64,000 nt of DNA from Escherichia coli. GTDB lineage: Bacteria > Pseudomonadota > Gammaproteobacteria > Enterobacterales > Enterobacteriaceae. Where the stretch lies: assembly GCF_041248615.1 (NCBI RefSeq), contig NZ_CP158426.1, one strand, 5' to 3'. Positions 1-10,732 of this stretch are shown piece after piece; within the stretch, counting starts at the first letter, position 1, and the number at the start of each line of letters is the position of its first letter. The notes under the pieces were generated by a model that did not search any database, was not told where the DNA came from, and saw only the letters and a program-made list of their open reading frames with translations. The translations under genes were made by a program, and so were the position numbers.

Positions 1-555
1 GCGCAGGTCGTTGTTCGCCACAATCGTTGCCCGATGGTAGTGATACATCTCATTGGCCGTGCGCGGGAGCTTCGCCTCGAGGATCTTGTTGTAGGCATAA
101 AAAACCAACCCGCTACAGTCGAAGCCTTGATCGGGCCGCGTGCCGCCCCAGACGTAAGGCTTGCCAAGCTGCTGCTCCAGGCGGTGAATCGCCACTTCGG
201 TGATGTTGTGTAGATGGTCGCTGCTTAAGAAATGGTTGTTCTCCGCCAGCGCCTGCCAGCGTCTGTCACTTGCCTTGAGCGGCGCAGGAAACCATTCTGG
301 ATGCTGTTTTATCTGTTCGCGGTTGTGCTGGCGCAGCGCCTTTCTGCTTTCGGCATTGCCTTCCACAATATAGCTGGCCTGTTTTTTCAGATGGGTTTGG
401 TACTGTTTTAATAAACGCGCACGGTTTTGCATCCGCTGGCGGGCGGCGTAGCTGAAAGAGATATGTGATGTGGTGGCGCTGGCGAGTAAAGGGAGCAAAA
501 CGCATAACGAAAACACGCCTGGATGCAGAAATCTGCCGTGAAAGAACGAAGACAT
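1..555 (-). CDS. yafL: NlpC/P60 (C40) family peptidase lipoprotein, 3' end truncated by window edge
   Basis: Manual translation of minus strand from ATG at 553-555 stays open to position 1: MSSFFHGRFLHPGVFSLCVLLPLLASATTSH... with GKPYVWGG and GFDCSGLV motifs typical of NlpC/P60. Not in ORF track because the stop lies outside the window. Confidence 0.75.
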   Translation of the reverse strand, partial: MSSFFHGRFLHPGVFSLCVLLPLLASATTSHISFSYAARQRMQNRARLLKQYQTHLKKQASYIVEGNAESRKALRQHNREQIKQHPEWFPAPLKASDRRWQALAENNHFLSSDHLHNITEVAIHRLEQQLGKPYVWGGTRPDQGFDCSGLVFYAYNKILEAKLPRTANEMYHYHRATIVANNDLR

Positions 556-855
556 GAAGGACATAAACCGGCTGAATGAAGGTGAGAATTTTAAAAGACC
601 AGAGGAGTAAACGGGATTATTAATTGCTTATTTGCATATTACTATTGAGGTTTCATAATCTTAGGAAATAAATGATACATGCGCTTTTCGGACTAATGAA
701 AACTGCCCCTGTGCTAAATTTGTAAACCCTGCGCCGACAGGCTTGCGTAAAACTCTTTTGGTGATAATGTGAGCCTTCCAAATCCAGACTATTCCGATTT
801 GGGATCCATTTTGCCGTCCTGGCGTGTGTAACCGTTTTATCAAGGAATAAGCAGT

Positions 856-1596
856 ATGCGTAAAATCGCATTAATTCTTGCGATGTTGTTGATCCCGTGC
901 GTTTCGTTTGCCGGTTTGCTGGGCAGCAGTAGCTCGACCACGCCAGTGAGCAAAGAGTATAAGCAGCAGTTGATGGGATCCCCTGTCTACATCCAGATCT
1001 TCAAGGAAGAACGTACGCTCGATCTCTACGTCAAAATGGGCGAGCAATATCAACTGCTCGACAGCTATAAAATCTGTAAATATTCCGGCGGCTTGGGGCC
1101 AAAACAGCGTCAGGGCGATTTCAAAAGCCCGGAAGGGTTTTATAGCGTCCAGCGTAATCAGTTAAAACCAGACAGCCGTTACTACAAAGCGATTAATATT
1201 GGATTCCCCAATGCCTATGACCGTGCGCATGGTTATGAAGGGAAATACCTGATGATCCACGGTGATTGTGTTTCCATCGGCTGCTACGCAATGACCAATC
1301 AGGGTATTGATGAGATCTTCCAGTTCGTTACTGGTGCGCTGGTGTTTGGTCAGCCGAGCGTGCAAGTGAGTATTTACCCGTTCCGCATGACCGACGCCAA
1401 TATGAAGCGCCATAAATATTCCAACTTTAAGGACTTCTGGGAGCAGCTGAAGCCAGGTTACGACTACTTTGAGCAAACCCGTAAGCCACCGACCGTTTCT
1501 GTGGTCAATGGTCGTTACGTGGTCAGCAAGCCGTTAAGCCACGAAGTTGTGCAACCACAGCTGGCATCAAACTACACGCTCCCCGAGGCAAAATAA
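856..1596 (+). CDS. ldtF: L,D-transpeptidase (YkuD domain), periplasmic
   Basis: 246-aa ORF with signal peptide ([19 protein letters not shown]) and YkuD-like core ([12 protein letters not shown]); matches E. coli YafK/LdtF and its position next to yafJ. Confidence 0.9.
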   Translation: MRKIALILAMLLIPCVSFAGLLGSSSSTTPVSKEYKQQLMGSPVYIQIFKEERTLDLYVKMGEQYQLLDSYKICKYSGGLGPKQRQGDFKSPEGFYSVQRNQLKPDSRYYKAINIGFPNAYDRAHGYEGKYLMIHGDCVSIGCYAMTNQGIDEIFQFVTGALVFGQPSVQVSIYPFRMTDANMKRHKYSNFKDFWEQLKPGYDYFEQTRKPPTVSVVNGRYVVSKPLSHEVVQPQLASNYTLPEAK

Positions 1597-2334
1597 GCGC
1601 CATTCGCCTGGCATAATCTTTTGCCAGGTTTCATTGCCCGTCAGCGGCTGTGTCGCAATCACCGTGACCACATCATTCGGTGTGGTCTGCGAGCTGAAGT
1701 CGATTTCCACATCCTGATCCAGCAACGTTGCCACGCCAAACGGCGCACGACGGGTGATCCAGTGTAAATTAGTCGAGCAATACGCCATCACATAGCGCCC
1801 GTCAGAAAGCAACATGTTGAAAACGCCCTTCTGCCGCAGTTCATCCGCCAGTGAGGCGATATATTTAAATACCGCCGCCATATTGCCCGGTGTGCGCGGG
1901 TAACGCTGCGTTAATTTATGCAGGAGCCAGCAGAAGGCTTTTTCGCTATCGGTTTCACCGACCGGGCGGAAGTTGCCGGTTTCCAGTGATTTGTACCCCG
2001 TCAGTTGCCCGTTATGGGCATAAGTCCAGTTGCGTCCCCATAACTCGCGGGTAAACGGGTGAGTATTTTCCAGCGCCACCTCGCCCCGATTCGCCTGGCG
2101 AATATGAGCCACCACCGAACAGGATTTTATCGGGTAGTCCTGGACAAGTTTGGCGATGGGGGAATTAAAGCTGGGTTGTGGATCTTTAAATGTGCGACAG
2201 CCTTTACCTTCGTAAAAGGTAATGCCCCAGCCATCTTTATGTGGCCCGGTTCCACCACCACGCTGCACCAGACCGGTGAAACTAAAGCAGATATCGGTAG
2301 GGACGTTGGCGCTCATCCCGAGCAATTCGCACAT
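1567..2334 (-). CDS. yafJ: class II (Ntn) glutamine amidotransferase
   Basis: ORF 1567..2361; start placed at internal ATG giving [12 protein letters not shown] (N-terminal nucleophile Cys2), 255 aa. Convergent 30-bp overlap with ldtF. Confidence 0.85.
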   Translation of the reverse strand: MCELLGMSANVPTDICFSFTGLVQRGGGTGPHKDGWGITFYEGKGCRTFKDPQPSFNSPIAKLVQDYPIKSCSVVAHIRQANRGEVALENTHPFTRELWGRNWTYAHNGQLTGYKSLETGNFRPVGETDSEKAFCWLLHKLTQRYPRTPGNMAAVFKYIASLADELRQKGVFNMLLSDGRYVMAYCSTNLHWITRRAPFGVATLLDQDVEIDFSSQTTPNDVVTVIATQPLTGNETWQKIMPGEWRLFCLGERVV

Positions 2335-2394
2335 GGGTAACCTCCACAACAGCGGGAGCACATGGCCCCCGGCGAAGATTGATTTAAGAATTTT

Positions 2395-3168
<774 letters not shown>

Positions 3169-3272
3169 ATCAGCATACTTGTCCTTAGCCTTCTGCAGTG
3201 ACAGCTGGTAGTACAGCGTGCTTCTGGCCAGCCCTGCAGCCTTTAACAGGTCAGACTGGCAGTGTCCGCACC

Positions 3273-3803
3273 TCAGGCTCCGGATGACTTTCGTTTTTTC
3301 TCCAGCTCCTGGCGCTTTTTTTCCAGGAGATGCTCCTGCATGGCTTTCAGATATGCATTTTCTGCGCGAAGATAACGCAGCTCATTCTTCATCTCTTCCG
3401 GCGTCATGTTTGCCTCGTTTTCATGGGTATCATCAGAACGGGTCATGCTTTTCTCCTTCCTGCGCCTGATAAAGGCCTCATTACCAGATTTGCGGTAGCC
3501 TTTTATCCAGTTTTTAACCGTGTTGTGGCTGGGAATGTTAAACCGGGCAGCTACCCGGGGTAGAGACTCAGAATGCCCGAGAGCATAAAGAACCACGCAA
3601 AGTTTATCTTCAGGAGAATAGCTACGCTTGTGTCTGCAATCCAGTGCCCGAGGACCGTGAAGAAGAAAAAGATTAATCCAGTGTGAGAGGCTGGTGTGAG
3701 AAAGTTGAAAGAGTTTTGCCGTAGAAATGATGCCTGCATGACCAGCCAGGTAATGATTTACAGCGGCAAGTTTTACTTCAAATGAATGTTTCATAAACTG
3801 CAC
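3273..3803 (-). CDS. IS3-family transposase OrfA (HTH DNA-binding, leucine-zipper C-terminus)
   Basis: 176-aa ORF MKHSFEVKLAAVNHYL... with basic/coiled-coil tail, typical IS3 OrfA. Confidence 0.85.
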   Translation of the reverse strand: MQFMKHSFEVKLAAVNHYLAGHAGIISTAKLFQLSHTSLSHWINLFLLHGPRALDCRHKRSYSPEDKLCVVLYALGHSESLPRVAARFNIPSHNTVKNWIKGYRKSGNEAFIRRRKEKSMTRSDDTHENEANMTPEEMKNELRYLRAENAYLKAMQEHLLEKKRQELEKKRKSSGA

Positions 3804-3845
3804 CTTCAGATGTCAGATTATGTCCAACATTTGGGGTGCAGTTCA

Positions 3846-3870
3846 GTAAACGTCTTATCCGGCCTACGCC
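3846..3870. repeat. REP/PU palindromic unit, right half
   Basis: gtaaacgtcttatccggcctacgcc immediately after the IS right end. Confidence 0.65.
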
Positions 3871-3874
3871 AGAC

Positions 3875-4453
3875 TTACTTAACCATCTCTTTTTCAATCA
3901 ACTGGATCAGGATATGGATCACTTTAATGTGAATCTCCTGAATGCGGTCGGCATAACCAAAGTGCGGTACGCGAATTTCGATATCCGCCGTGCCAGCCAT
4001 TTTGCCGCCATCTTTACCGGTCAAGGTGATCACTTTCATCCCCTTCTCACGCGCCGCTGCGATCGCTTTGATCACGTTTGCAGAGTTACCGGAGGTAGAG
4101 ATCCCCAGCAGTACATCGCCTTCGCGACCTACCGCTTCAACGTAACGGGAGAAAATATCATTGAAACCAAAATCGTTACCGACGCAGGAAATATGACTAA
4201 CGTCAGAAATGGCAATCGCCGGGTAGCCCGGACGGTTTTCACGGTAGCGACCGGTCAACTCTTCGGCAAAGTGCATAGCGTCGCAATGGGAGCCGCCGTT
4301 GCCGCAGGAAAGCACTTTGCCACCAGCTTTAAAGCTGTCTGCTAACAGGACCGCCGCGCGCTGAATGGCGTGAATATTGGCGTCATCTTTTAAAAAGTTA
4401 GCCAGCGTTTCCGCCGCTTCGTTCAGTTCGTTACGAATAAGATCCTGGTACAT
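3875..4453 (-). CDS. gmhA: D-sedoheptulose 7-phosphate isomerase (phosphoheptose isomerase)
   Basis: ORF 3875..4615 trimmed to ATG giving [21 protein letters not shown]..., 192 aa, SIS domain; recognised GmhA sequence. Confidence 0.92.
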
Positions 4454-4692
4454 GAGGATATCCTTCAGCATAAATGTAATAGACAAAATGCAGTGTACCG
4501 GATACCGCCAAAAGCGAGAAGTACGGGCAGGTGCTATGACCAGGACTTTTTGACCTGAAGTGCGGATAAAAACAGCAACAATGTGAGCTTTGTTGTAATT
4601 ATATTGTAAACACATTGCTAAATGTTTTTACATCCACTACAACCATATCATCACAAGTGGTCAGACCTCCTACAAGTAAGGGGCTTTTCGTT

Positions 4693-7137
4693 ATGATGAT
4701 TTTGAGTATTCTCGCTACGGTTGTCCTGCTCGGCGCGTTGTTCTATCACCGCGTGAGCTTATTTATCAGCAGTCTGATTTTGCTCGCCTGGACAGCCGCC
4801 CTCGGCGTTGCTGGTCTGTGGTCGGCGTGGGTACTGGTGCCTCTGGCCATTATCCTCGTGCCATTTAACCTTACGCCTATGCGTAAGTCGATGATTTCCG
4901 CGCCGGTATTTCGCGGTTTCCGTAAGGTGATGCCGCCGATGTCGCGCACTGAGAAAGAAGCGATTGATGCGGGCACCACCTGGTGGGAAGGCGATTTGTT
5001 CCAGGGCAAGCCGGACTGGAAAAAGCTGCATAACTATCCGCAGCCGCGCCTGACCGCAGAAGAGCAAGCGTTTCTCGACGGCCCGGTAGAAGAAGCCTGC
5101 CGGATGGCGAATGATTTCCAGATTACTCATGAGCTGGCTGATTTGCCGCCGGAGTTGTGGGCGTACCTTAAAGAGCATCGTTTCTTCGCGATGATCATCA
5201 AAAAAGAGTACGGCGGGCTGGAGTTCTCGGCTTATGCCCAGTCTCGCGTGCTGCAAAAACTCTCCGGCGTGAGCGGGATCCTGGCGATTACCGTCGGCGT
5301 GCCAAACTCATTAGGCCCGGGTGAGCTACTGCAACATTACGGCACTGACGAGCAGAAAGATCACTATCTGCCGCGTCTGGCGCGTGGTCAGGAAATCCCT
5401 TGCTTTGCACTGACCAGCCCGGAAGCGGGTTCCGATGCGGGCGCGATTCCGGATACCGGGATTGTCTGCATGGGCGAATGGCTGGGCCAGCAGGTGCTGG
5501 GCATGCGTCTGACCTGGAACAAGCGTTACATTACGCTGGCACCGATTGCGACTGTGCTTGGCCTGGCGTTTAAACTCTCCGACCCGGAAAAACTGCTGGG
5601 TGGCGCAGAAGATTTAGGTATTACCTGTGCGCTGATCCCGACCACCACGCCGGGCGTGGAAATTGGTCGTCGCCATTTCCCGCTGAACGTACCGTTCCAG
5701 AACGGACCGACGCGCGGTAAAGATGTCTTCGTACCGATCGATTACATTATCGGCGGACCAAAAATGGCCGGGCAAGGCTGGCGGATGCTGGTGGAGTGCC
5801 TCTCGGTAGGCCGCGGTATCACCCTGCCTTCCAACTCAACCGGCGGCGTGAAATCGGTAGCGCTGGCAACGGGTGCGTATGCGCACATCCGCCGTCAGTT
5901 CAAAATCTCTATTGGTAAGATGGAAGGGATTGAAGAGCCGCTGGCGCGTATTGCCGGAAACGCTTATGTAATGGATGCTGCGGCATCGCTGATTACCTAC
6001 GGCATTATGCTCGGTGAAAAACCTGCCGTGCTGTCGGCTATCGTTAAGTATCACTGTACCCACCGCGGGCAGCAGTCGATTATTGATGCGATGGATATCA
6101 CTGGTGGTAAAGGCATTATGCTCGGGCAAAGCAACTTCCTGGCCCGTGCTTACCAGGGCGCACCGATTGCCATCACCGTTGAAGGGGCCAACATTCTGAC
6201 CCGTAGCATGATGATCTTCGGTCAGGGGGCGATTCGTTGCCATCCGTACGTGCTGGAAGAGATGGAAGCGGCGAAGAACAATGACGTAAACGCGTTCGAT
6301 AAACTGCTGTTCAAACATATCGGTCACGTCGGTAGCAACAAAGTTCGCAGCTTCTGGCTGGGCCTGACGCGCGGTTTAACCAGCAGCACGCCAACCGGCG
6401 ATGCCACTAAACGCTACTATCAGCACCTGAACCGCCTGAGCGCCAACCTCGCCCTGCTTTCTGATGTCTCGATGGCTGTGCTGGGCGGCAGCCTGAAACG
6501 TCGCGAGCGTATCTCGGCACGTCTGGGGGATATTTTAAGCCAGCTTTACCTCGCCTCTGCCGTTCTGAAGCGTTATGACGACGAAGGCCGTAATGAAGCC
6601 GACCTGCCGCTGGTGCACTGGGGCGTACAGGATGCGCTGTATCAGGCAGAACAGGCGATGGACGATTTACTGCAAAACTTCCCGAACCGCGTGGTTGCCG
6701 GGCTGCTGAATGTGGTGATCTTCCCGACCGGACGTCATTATCTGGCACCGTCTGACAAGCTGGATCATAAAGTGGCGAAGATTTTACAAGTGCCGAACGC
6801 CACTCGTTCACGTATTGGTCGCGGTCAGTACCTGACGCCAAGCGAGCATAACCCGGTTGGTTTACTGGAAGAGGCGCTGGTGGATGTGATTGCCGCCGAC
6901 CCGATTCATCAGCGGATCTGTAAAGAGCTGGGTAAAAATCTGCCATTTACCCGTCTGGATGAACTGGCGCACAACGCGCTGGCGAAGGGGCTGATTGATA
7001 AAGATGAAGCCGCTATTCTGGTGAAAGCTGAAGAAAGCCGTCTGCGCAGTATTAACGTTGATGACTTTGATCCGGAAGAGCTGGCGACGAAGCCGGTAAA
7101 GTTGCCGGAGAAAGTGCGGAAAGTTGAAGCCGCGTAA
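4693..7137 (+). CDS. fadE: acyl-CoA dehydrogenase
   Basis: ORF 4615..7137 trimmed to ATG 4693 ([14 protein letters not shown]...), 814 aa; N-terminal TM segments plus acyl-CoA dehydrogenase domains. Confidence 0.92.
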   Translation: MMILSILATVVLLGALFYHRVSLFISSLILLAWTAALGVAGLWSAWVLVPLAIILVPFNLTPMRKSMISAPVFRGFRKVMPPMSRTEKEAIDAGTTWWEGDLFQGKPDWKKLHNYPQPRLTAEEQAFLDGPVEEACRMANDFQITHELADLPPELWAYLKEHRFFAMIIKKEYGGLEFSAYAQSRVLQKLSGVSGILAITVGVPNSLGPGELLQHYGTDEQKDHYLPRLARGQEIPCFALTSPEAGSDAGAIPDTGIVCMGEWLGQQVLGMRLTWNKRYITLAPIATVLGLAFKLSDPEKLLGGAEDLGITCALIPTTTPGVEIGRRHFPLNVPFQNGPTRGKDVFVPIDYIIGGPKMAGQGWRMLVECLSVGRGITLPSNSTGGVKSVALATGAYAHIRRQFKISIGKMEGIEEPLARIAGNAYVMDAAASLITYGIMLGEKPAVLSAIVKYHCTHRGQQSIIDAMDITGGKGIMLGQSNFLARAYQGAPIAITVEGANILTRSMMIFGQGAIRCHPYVLEEMEAAKNNDVNAFDKLLFKHIGHVGSNKVRSFWLGLTRGLTSSTPTGDATKRYYQHLNRLSANLALLSDVSMAVLGGSLKRRERISARLGDILSQLYLASAVLKRYDDEGRNEADLPLVHWGVQDALYQAEQAMDDLLQNFPNRVVAGLLNVVIFPTGRHYLAPSDKLDHKVAKILQVPNATRSRIGRGQYLTPSEHNPVGLLEEALVDVIAADPIHQRICKELGKNLPFTRLDELAHNALAKGLIDKDEAAILVKAEESRLRSINVDDFDPEELATKPVKLPEKVRKVEAA

Positions 7138-7145
7138 TTGAATAA

Positions 7146-7169
7146 CGGAGCCGAAAGGCTCCGTTTCTT
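7146..7169 (+). terminator. rho-independent terminator after fadE
   Basis: cggagccgaaaggctccg hairpin followed by tttcttt, between convergent fadE and ivy. Confidence 0.5.
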
Positions 7170-7179
7170 TATCCGCTAA

Positions 7180-7653
7180 TTATTTAAAATTAAAGCCATC
7201 CGGATGGTTTTCCAGGCTGCCGGTCAACGCCGCGAACAGCACCGTTTTACCATCAATCGAAAGCGCATCGTTCACATTCAACCAGGTGAGTTTCTCTTGC
7301 GACGTTTTCTCATCAATAGTCGAGAATAGCCCCGTCATCTGATTAGATTTCGCGGACCACATCACAGCGATACGTTGCGAGCCACAATCATGCGGTTTGC
7401 ACGCGCTCATCACCTGATACGTCTCATCTCCCAACGTTACGGTTTGTGCGGGAGTATAAGTACCGCCTTTCATCACCCATGCAGGTAGCTTATGCCCTTG
7501 CACCATCTGATTAAACGCAGCTTTGGTGGTTTCGCCCTTTGCAAGGCTGCTAATGGTTAAATCATCCTGCGCCATTGCACTGGTGGCGATGACCAGAGCG
7601 GCAACTGTCGTTATTGCCTTAAACATCATTCCTCCCGAGCTTATCCTGCCCAT
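7180..7653 (-). CDS. ivy: inhibitor of vertebrate (C-type) lysozyme, periplasmic
   Basis: 157-aa ORF with signal peptide and CKPHDCG loop motif; recognised Ivy sequence. Confidence 0.9.
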   Translation of the reverse strand: MGRISSGGMMFKAITTVAALVIATSAMAQDDLTISSLAKGETTKAAFNQMVQGHKLPAWVMKGGTYTPAQTVTLGDETYQVMSACKPHDCGSQRIAVMWSAKSNQMTGLFSTIDEKTSQEKLTWLNVNDALSIDGKTVLFAALTGSLENHPDGFNFK

Positions 7654-7806
7654 GTTATTAACCTCCTAAAGCCTGGCGATAACACGATAATTTGCAAATC
7701 AGATATTTCCAATATCAGCATTTGTTATCAATTTATTCTGCGCTAAGGCAACTGCCTGATAAGGTGTTAGAGTTATAAAACCCTTCGCATAAAGGAGTTG
7801 TACACC

Positions 7807-8577
7807 GTGTCTGGTTTGAAGATTACGCTTTTACAGCAACCACTGGTGTGGATGGATGGTCCTGCCAACCTGCGTCATTTTGATCGTCAACTGGAAGGTA
7901 TTACCGGACGCGATGTGATCGTTCTACCGGAGATGTTTACCAGCGGCTTTGCCATGGAAGCGGCAGCTTCGTCGCTAGCACAAGATGACGTAGTGAACTG
8001 GATGACAGCCAAAGCGCAGCAGTGCAATGCGCTGATTGCAGGCAGTGTTGCATTACAAACGGAGTCTGGTTCGGTTAACCGCTTTTTGCTGGTTGAGCCG
8101 GGCGGCACGGTACATTTTTATGATAAGCGTCATCTGTTCCGCATGGCAGATGAGCATCTACATTATAAAGCGGGCAATGCGCGAGTGATTGTGGAATGGC
8201 GCGGCTGGCGTATTTTGCCGCTGGTGTGCTACGACTTACGTTTTCCGGTGTGGTCGCGCAATCTCAACGATTATGACCTCGCCATCTACGTTGCCAACTG
8301 GCCTGCTCCGCGCTCTCTGCACTGGCAGGCATTGCTGACGGCCCGCGCGATTGAGAATCAGGCGTATGTGGCGGGATGCAATCGCGTCGGCAGCGATGGC
8401 AACGGCTGCCATTATCGCGGTGACAGCCGGGTGATTAATCCACAGGGCGAGATTATCGCTACTGCCGACGCGCATCAGGCAACGCGCATTGATGCGGAGC
8501 TGTCGATGGTGGCATTGCGGGAATATAGAGAAAAGTTTCCGGCATGGCGGGATGCGGATGAGTTTAGGTTGTGGTGA
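7807..8577 (+). CDS. yafV: nitrilase-superfamily omega-amidase (2-oxoglutaramate amidase)
   Basis: ORF 7798..8577; likely GTG start at 7807 (V/MSGLKITLLQQPLVW...); carbon-nitrogen hydrolase fold motifs (EMF, catalytic Cys in LVCYD). Confidence 0.85.
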   Translation: MSGLKITLLQQPLVWMDGPANLRHFDRQLEGITGRDVIVLPEMFTSGFAMEAAASSLAQDDVVNWMTAKAQQCNALIAGSVALQTESGSVNRFLLVEPGGTVHFYDKRHLFRMADEHLHYKAGNARVIVEWRGWRILPLVCYDLRFPVWSRNLNDYDLAIYVANWPAPRSLHWQALLTARAIENQAYVAGCNRVGSDGNGCHYRGDSRVINPQGEIIATADAHQATRIDAELSMVALREYREKFPAWRDADEFRLW

Positions 8578-8671
8578 GTGGGTGTTGTGTTTAGGGGCGG
8601 GGTAAGACTACGGGTCAGGGCAAGATTACGAAAGCCCGGAGCCTGTCCATCATTCTGTGTAAATGCCTTTC

Positions 8672-8990
8672 TCAGAAGTGACCGTCAAGGCGGTCACCGA
8701 ACTCGATAATAAAGCGACTCTTCCCTATCCGCCAGTCCTGAAGTGGCATCGTCCATTTTTGCGACGCTGACTGGAAAGCCAGCCACACCACTTTTTTCAC
8801 CGACTCATCTGTCGGGAACACTTTCCGTTTCTTTATCGCATGTGTGATGATGCTATTCAGCGATTCGATTGCGTTAGTGGTGTAGATAACCTTGCGGATC
8901 GCCTCCGGGTACACGAAGAATGTGGCAACATTCGGCCAGTTTGCCCGCCAGCTGCGACTTATCTGCGGGTACCGTGCATCCCATTCCTTC
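8672..8990 (-). pseudogene. IS256-family (mutator-type) transposase, 3' fragment only
   Basis: Frame translates ...ANWPNVATFFVYPEAIRKVIYTTNAIESLNSIITHAIKKRKVFPTDESVKKVVWLAF..., the C-terminal hallmark of IS256-family transposases; no N-terminal portion present. Confidence 0.6.
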
Positions 8991-9001
8991 CCAGGGAAAG
9001 A

Positions 9002-10119
9002 TTACGAAAGCCCGCTCCCCGCAAGGACTGACGCCAGATAGTTTCTGTCCATGGCTGCTTTTCGCATCTTACGTCTTAACCCTGCCTTGAATACCTTATC
9101 ATTCGTCAAAATATTAATAGCGATGTGCCGTATCCCTGAAAATAATTCTGCTGCATTTCCTCTTCTTATTTTGCAGTCGTCTTCATTCATTACCACGTCC
9201 AGACGCCAGTGCAGCTTATTCTCCACGTGCCAGTGGTTTCGGATTGCTGTGGCGAACTTCTCTGCGGTTAAATCAGCAGAACTAATATAATATCTGACCG
9301 TCATTTCTGGCTCTTTCTTTTGTTCTGCTATTATTGACCGAAAGGAGACTGCCACGCATAATTTCTTCAGACCTTTCCATTCAAACGTGAAATCAATAAG
9401 TTCATCAGGGACATCGCAAACAATGTGAAGACGGATTTCTTCTCTGCCGTGACTCTTTTCACTCATTGCGTAACTGTCATGCTCTGGATTATTTAATTCT
9501 TTCAGCGGAAATTCTCGAAGGCTTTATTTAGCCGCCCCTGGTTTCCTTTTACAGCGAATAAATAATCACCTCCCTGTTTTTGTATCTTCTCTGCAATATC
9601 TTTCTGGCAACCCATCGCATCAGTTGTGATGATTTTTCCTTTAATATCCAGCATGTTAAGAAGTTCTGGGATAGCTGTAATTTCATTGGATTTCTCATCC
9701 GTCCTGATCTGTCCGATGACCAGACTGTGCATTGTTGAGAACGCACTAATGACATGAATCGCTCCCTTGCGGCGACTCTTGTCATAAGAATGCCGGAGTG
9801 TTTTTCCATCAATTGCGATGACGTCTTTATCATCTGAAGTATGGCAATCTCGCATCCAGTTAATAAAGCACTCGTGAAATTTTGCAGGACTGATACAGGA
9901 TACAACTCTGGCGATGGTATCGTGAACAGGAATACCATTTTCAAAATCACCGTATTGTTTTAAAAAATCGAGATGTGTTTCCCCAAAATCCTCTATATCT
10001 TCCCAACCTTCCGCACCCGAAATAACAGCACAAATAGTCAACAGTAGAATATCCGATAATTTATGTTCCACTTTCCAGGCTTGTCTGTAATCGGGGATAA
10101 TAGAAATATGCCCCATCAA
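9002..10119 (-). pseudogene. H-repeat-associated (ISAs1-family) transposase, split into two ORFs by a frame disruption
   Basis: ORFs 9502..10119 (205 aa) and 9002..9466 (154 aa) together match the N- and C-terminal halves of Rhs-associated H-rpt proteins ([40 protein letters not shown] ... [26 protein letters not shown]...[21 protein letters not shown]). Confidence 0.8.
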
Positions 10120-10354
10120 TTTTTTAAGTTCTATTTTGTTCTCCTTAATTATGTAAGGAGTATTTGATCATGTATAAGCAATAAAAAACAGCTTTAGGTA
10201 ATGAGGAATATCTCAATTTTTAAGCATAAAATGCGAATTGTTTAGTACAAAAAAGCAGCGTTACGTGATCTTTCCCTGCACTTCACCCTAACTTTAATTT
10301 AACTTCAAGAAGTATTAAGGCCTCAATAGCGAACTTAATACTTCTTAAAGAATA

Positions 10355-10732
10355 TCACTCCTGACCAAAATCTTTCCACACTAATGCATGAGACTTTGAT
10401 TTATCACCCAAAAATTTACTTACATCTTTCCAAAGTAAAGAATTGCTATCGGTCGCAGTGACTATTGCCTCTATAAGCCCTGTAGCTACAACTGTGGCCA
10501 ATTCATCATCAATCGAGACCATACCATCTTCGACATGTTTAAATATTTTTTCTCTTTCAATATCACCCATTTCATAAAAATTTTTTACAATCGTTTTTCC
10601 AATCTGAGAGAACAACATAACCACCGGTGGAGTTTCTGGATGCCAGTATTCATTAGCTAATGAGACTGTCTCAGACAAAACAGTGGAAAACGATGCCATT
10701 TTTTCTATATAATTAGCAATATATTGGTTCAT
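10355..10732 (-). CDS. putative Rhs immunity protein (cognate to Rhs C-terminal toxin)
   Basis: 125-aa ORF whose ATG overlaps the rhs stop (TAATG at 10730..10734, translational coupling); AT-rich relative to the rhs core; hairpin downstream (10299..10345). No recognisable family. Confidence 0.55.
   Translation of the reverse strand: MNQYIANYIEKMASFSTVLSETVSLANEYWHPETPPVVMLFSQIGKTIVKNFYEMGDIEREKIFKHVEDGMVSIDDELATVVATGLIEAIVTATDSNSLLWKDVSKFLGDKSKSHALVWKDFGQE

Noticed and set aside
266-505. 79-aa ORF on minus strand in the ORF track
   Set aside because: It lies in a different frame fully inside the yafL coding region, whose frame is open from 555 to the window edge and carries NlpC/P60 motifs; judged spurious.
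1567-1596. 30-bp convergent overlap of ldtF and yafJ 3' ends
   Set aside because: Real but unremarkable; convergent overlaps of this size are common.
8578-8672. Search for a tRNA-Asp 3'-end direct repeat (att site) or an integrase at the yafV-proximal island boundary
   Set aside because: No copy of the tRNA 3' segment and no integrase ORF found in the island; the boundary is instead marked by transposase debris, so no attL/attR is called.
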